In this document: positions 63,885 to 64,000 of the stretch, piece after piece
How positions within the stretch are numbered: the first letter of the stretch is position 1
Layout of the letters: every line of letters starts with the position of its first letter
Assembly (NCBI GenBank): GCA_021613535.1
Contig: CP075492.1
Coordinates: 2,232,001 to 2,296,000, forward strand
Length of the DNA: 64,000 bases
Origin: Adineta vaga
Lineage: Eukaryota > Animalia > Rotifera
Direction of reading: 5' to 3'
Program-made: the position numbers and the translations under genes
The notes under the pieces: generated by a model
The model's database searches: none
Told to the model about the DNA's origin: nothing
What the model saw: the letters and a program-made list of their open reading frames with translations, nothing else

Positions 63885-63965
63885 GTGGGTGTAGATGTGG
63901 GTGCGGGTGAAGCGAAGAGTATTACCTACACTCACACCTATACCCACACCCACTTACCCACGCAC
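63885..63965. mobile_element. Telomeric-hairpin element abutting the minisatellite
   Basis: GTGGGTGTAGATGTGGGTGCGGGTG...AAGAGTATTACC..CTCACACCTATACCCACACCCAC. Confidence 0.65.
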
Positions 63966-64000
63966 TAGCTACGACAAGAATACAACAGATATGGCAAGGA

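Overview
AT-rich eukaryotic (animal) DNA with short GT-AG introns, most likely from a bdelloid rotifer (inferred from (TGTGGG)n telomeric-type repeats, an Athena-type Penelope-like retroelement, an ART-TPR gene and divergent GPCRs). Host genes: two GPCRs, a decayed PKD/REJ-GPS gene, a secreted Cys-rich propeptide, an ADP-ribosyltransferase-TPR protein, a DUF2985-like membrane protein, an astacin-Hog (Hint+SRR) fusion, a hydantoin-racemase-family gene (candidate HGT), a PAN+LamG protein, a truncated FG-GAP protein and a mucin-Kelch protein. A nested TE block at ~30.2-43.1 kb holds a Tc1/mariner-like fragment, a decayed CACTA/EnSpm element, a ~7 kb endonuclease-less Athena/Terminon element and a Helitron end. 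The Athena element has a -1 frameshift signal, retained introns, a hammerhead ribozyme, a tRNA-like fold and telomeric repeats at both ends in inverted orientation. hAT, MULE, Helitron/HINE-like and minisatellite repeats lie further right. The most unusual signal is about 17 dispersed short hairpin elements with telomeric-repeat arms (ATCTTGAGGGTGTGGG...CCCACACCCTCAAGAT). They appear to insert at AT; one copy sits directly upstream of a transposase ORF and another forms the Athena 3' junction. All calls come from reading motifs by eye; no database searches were run.
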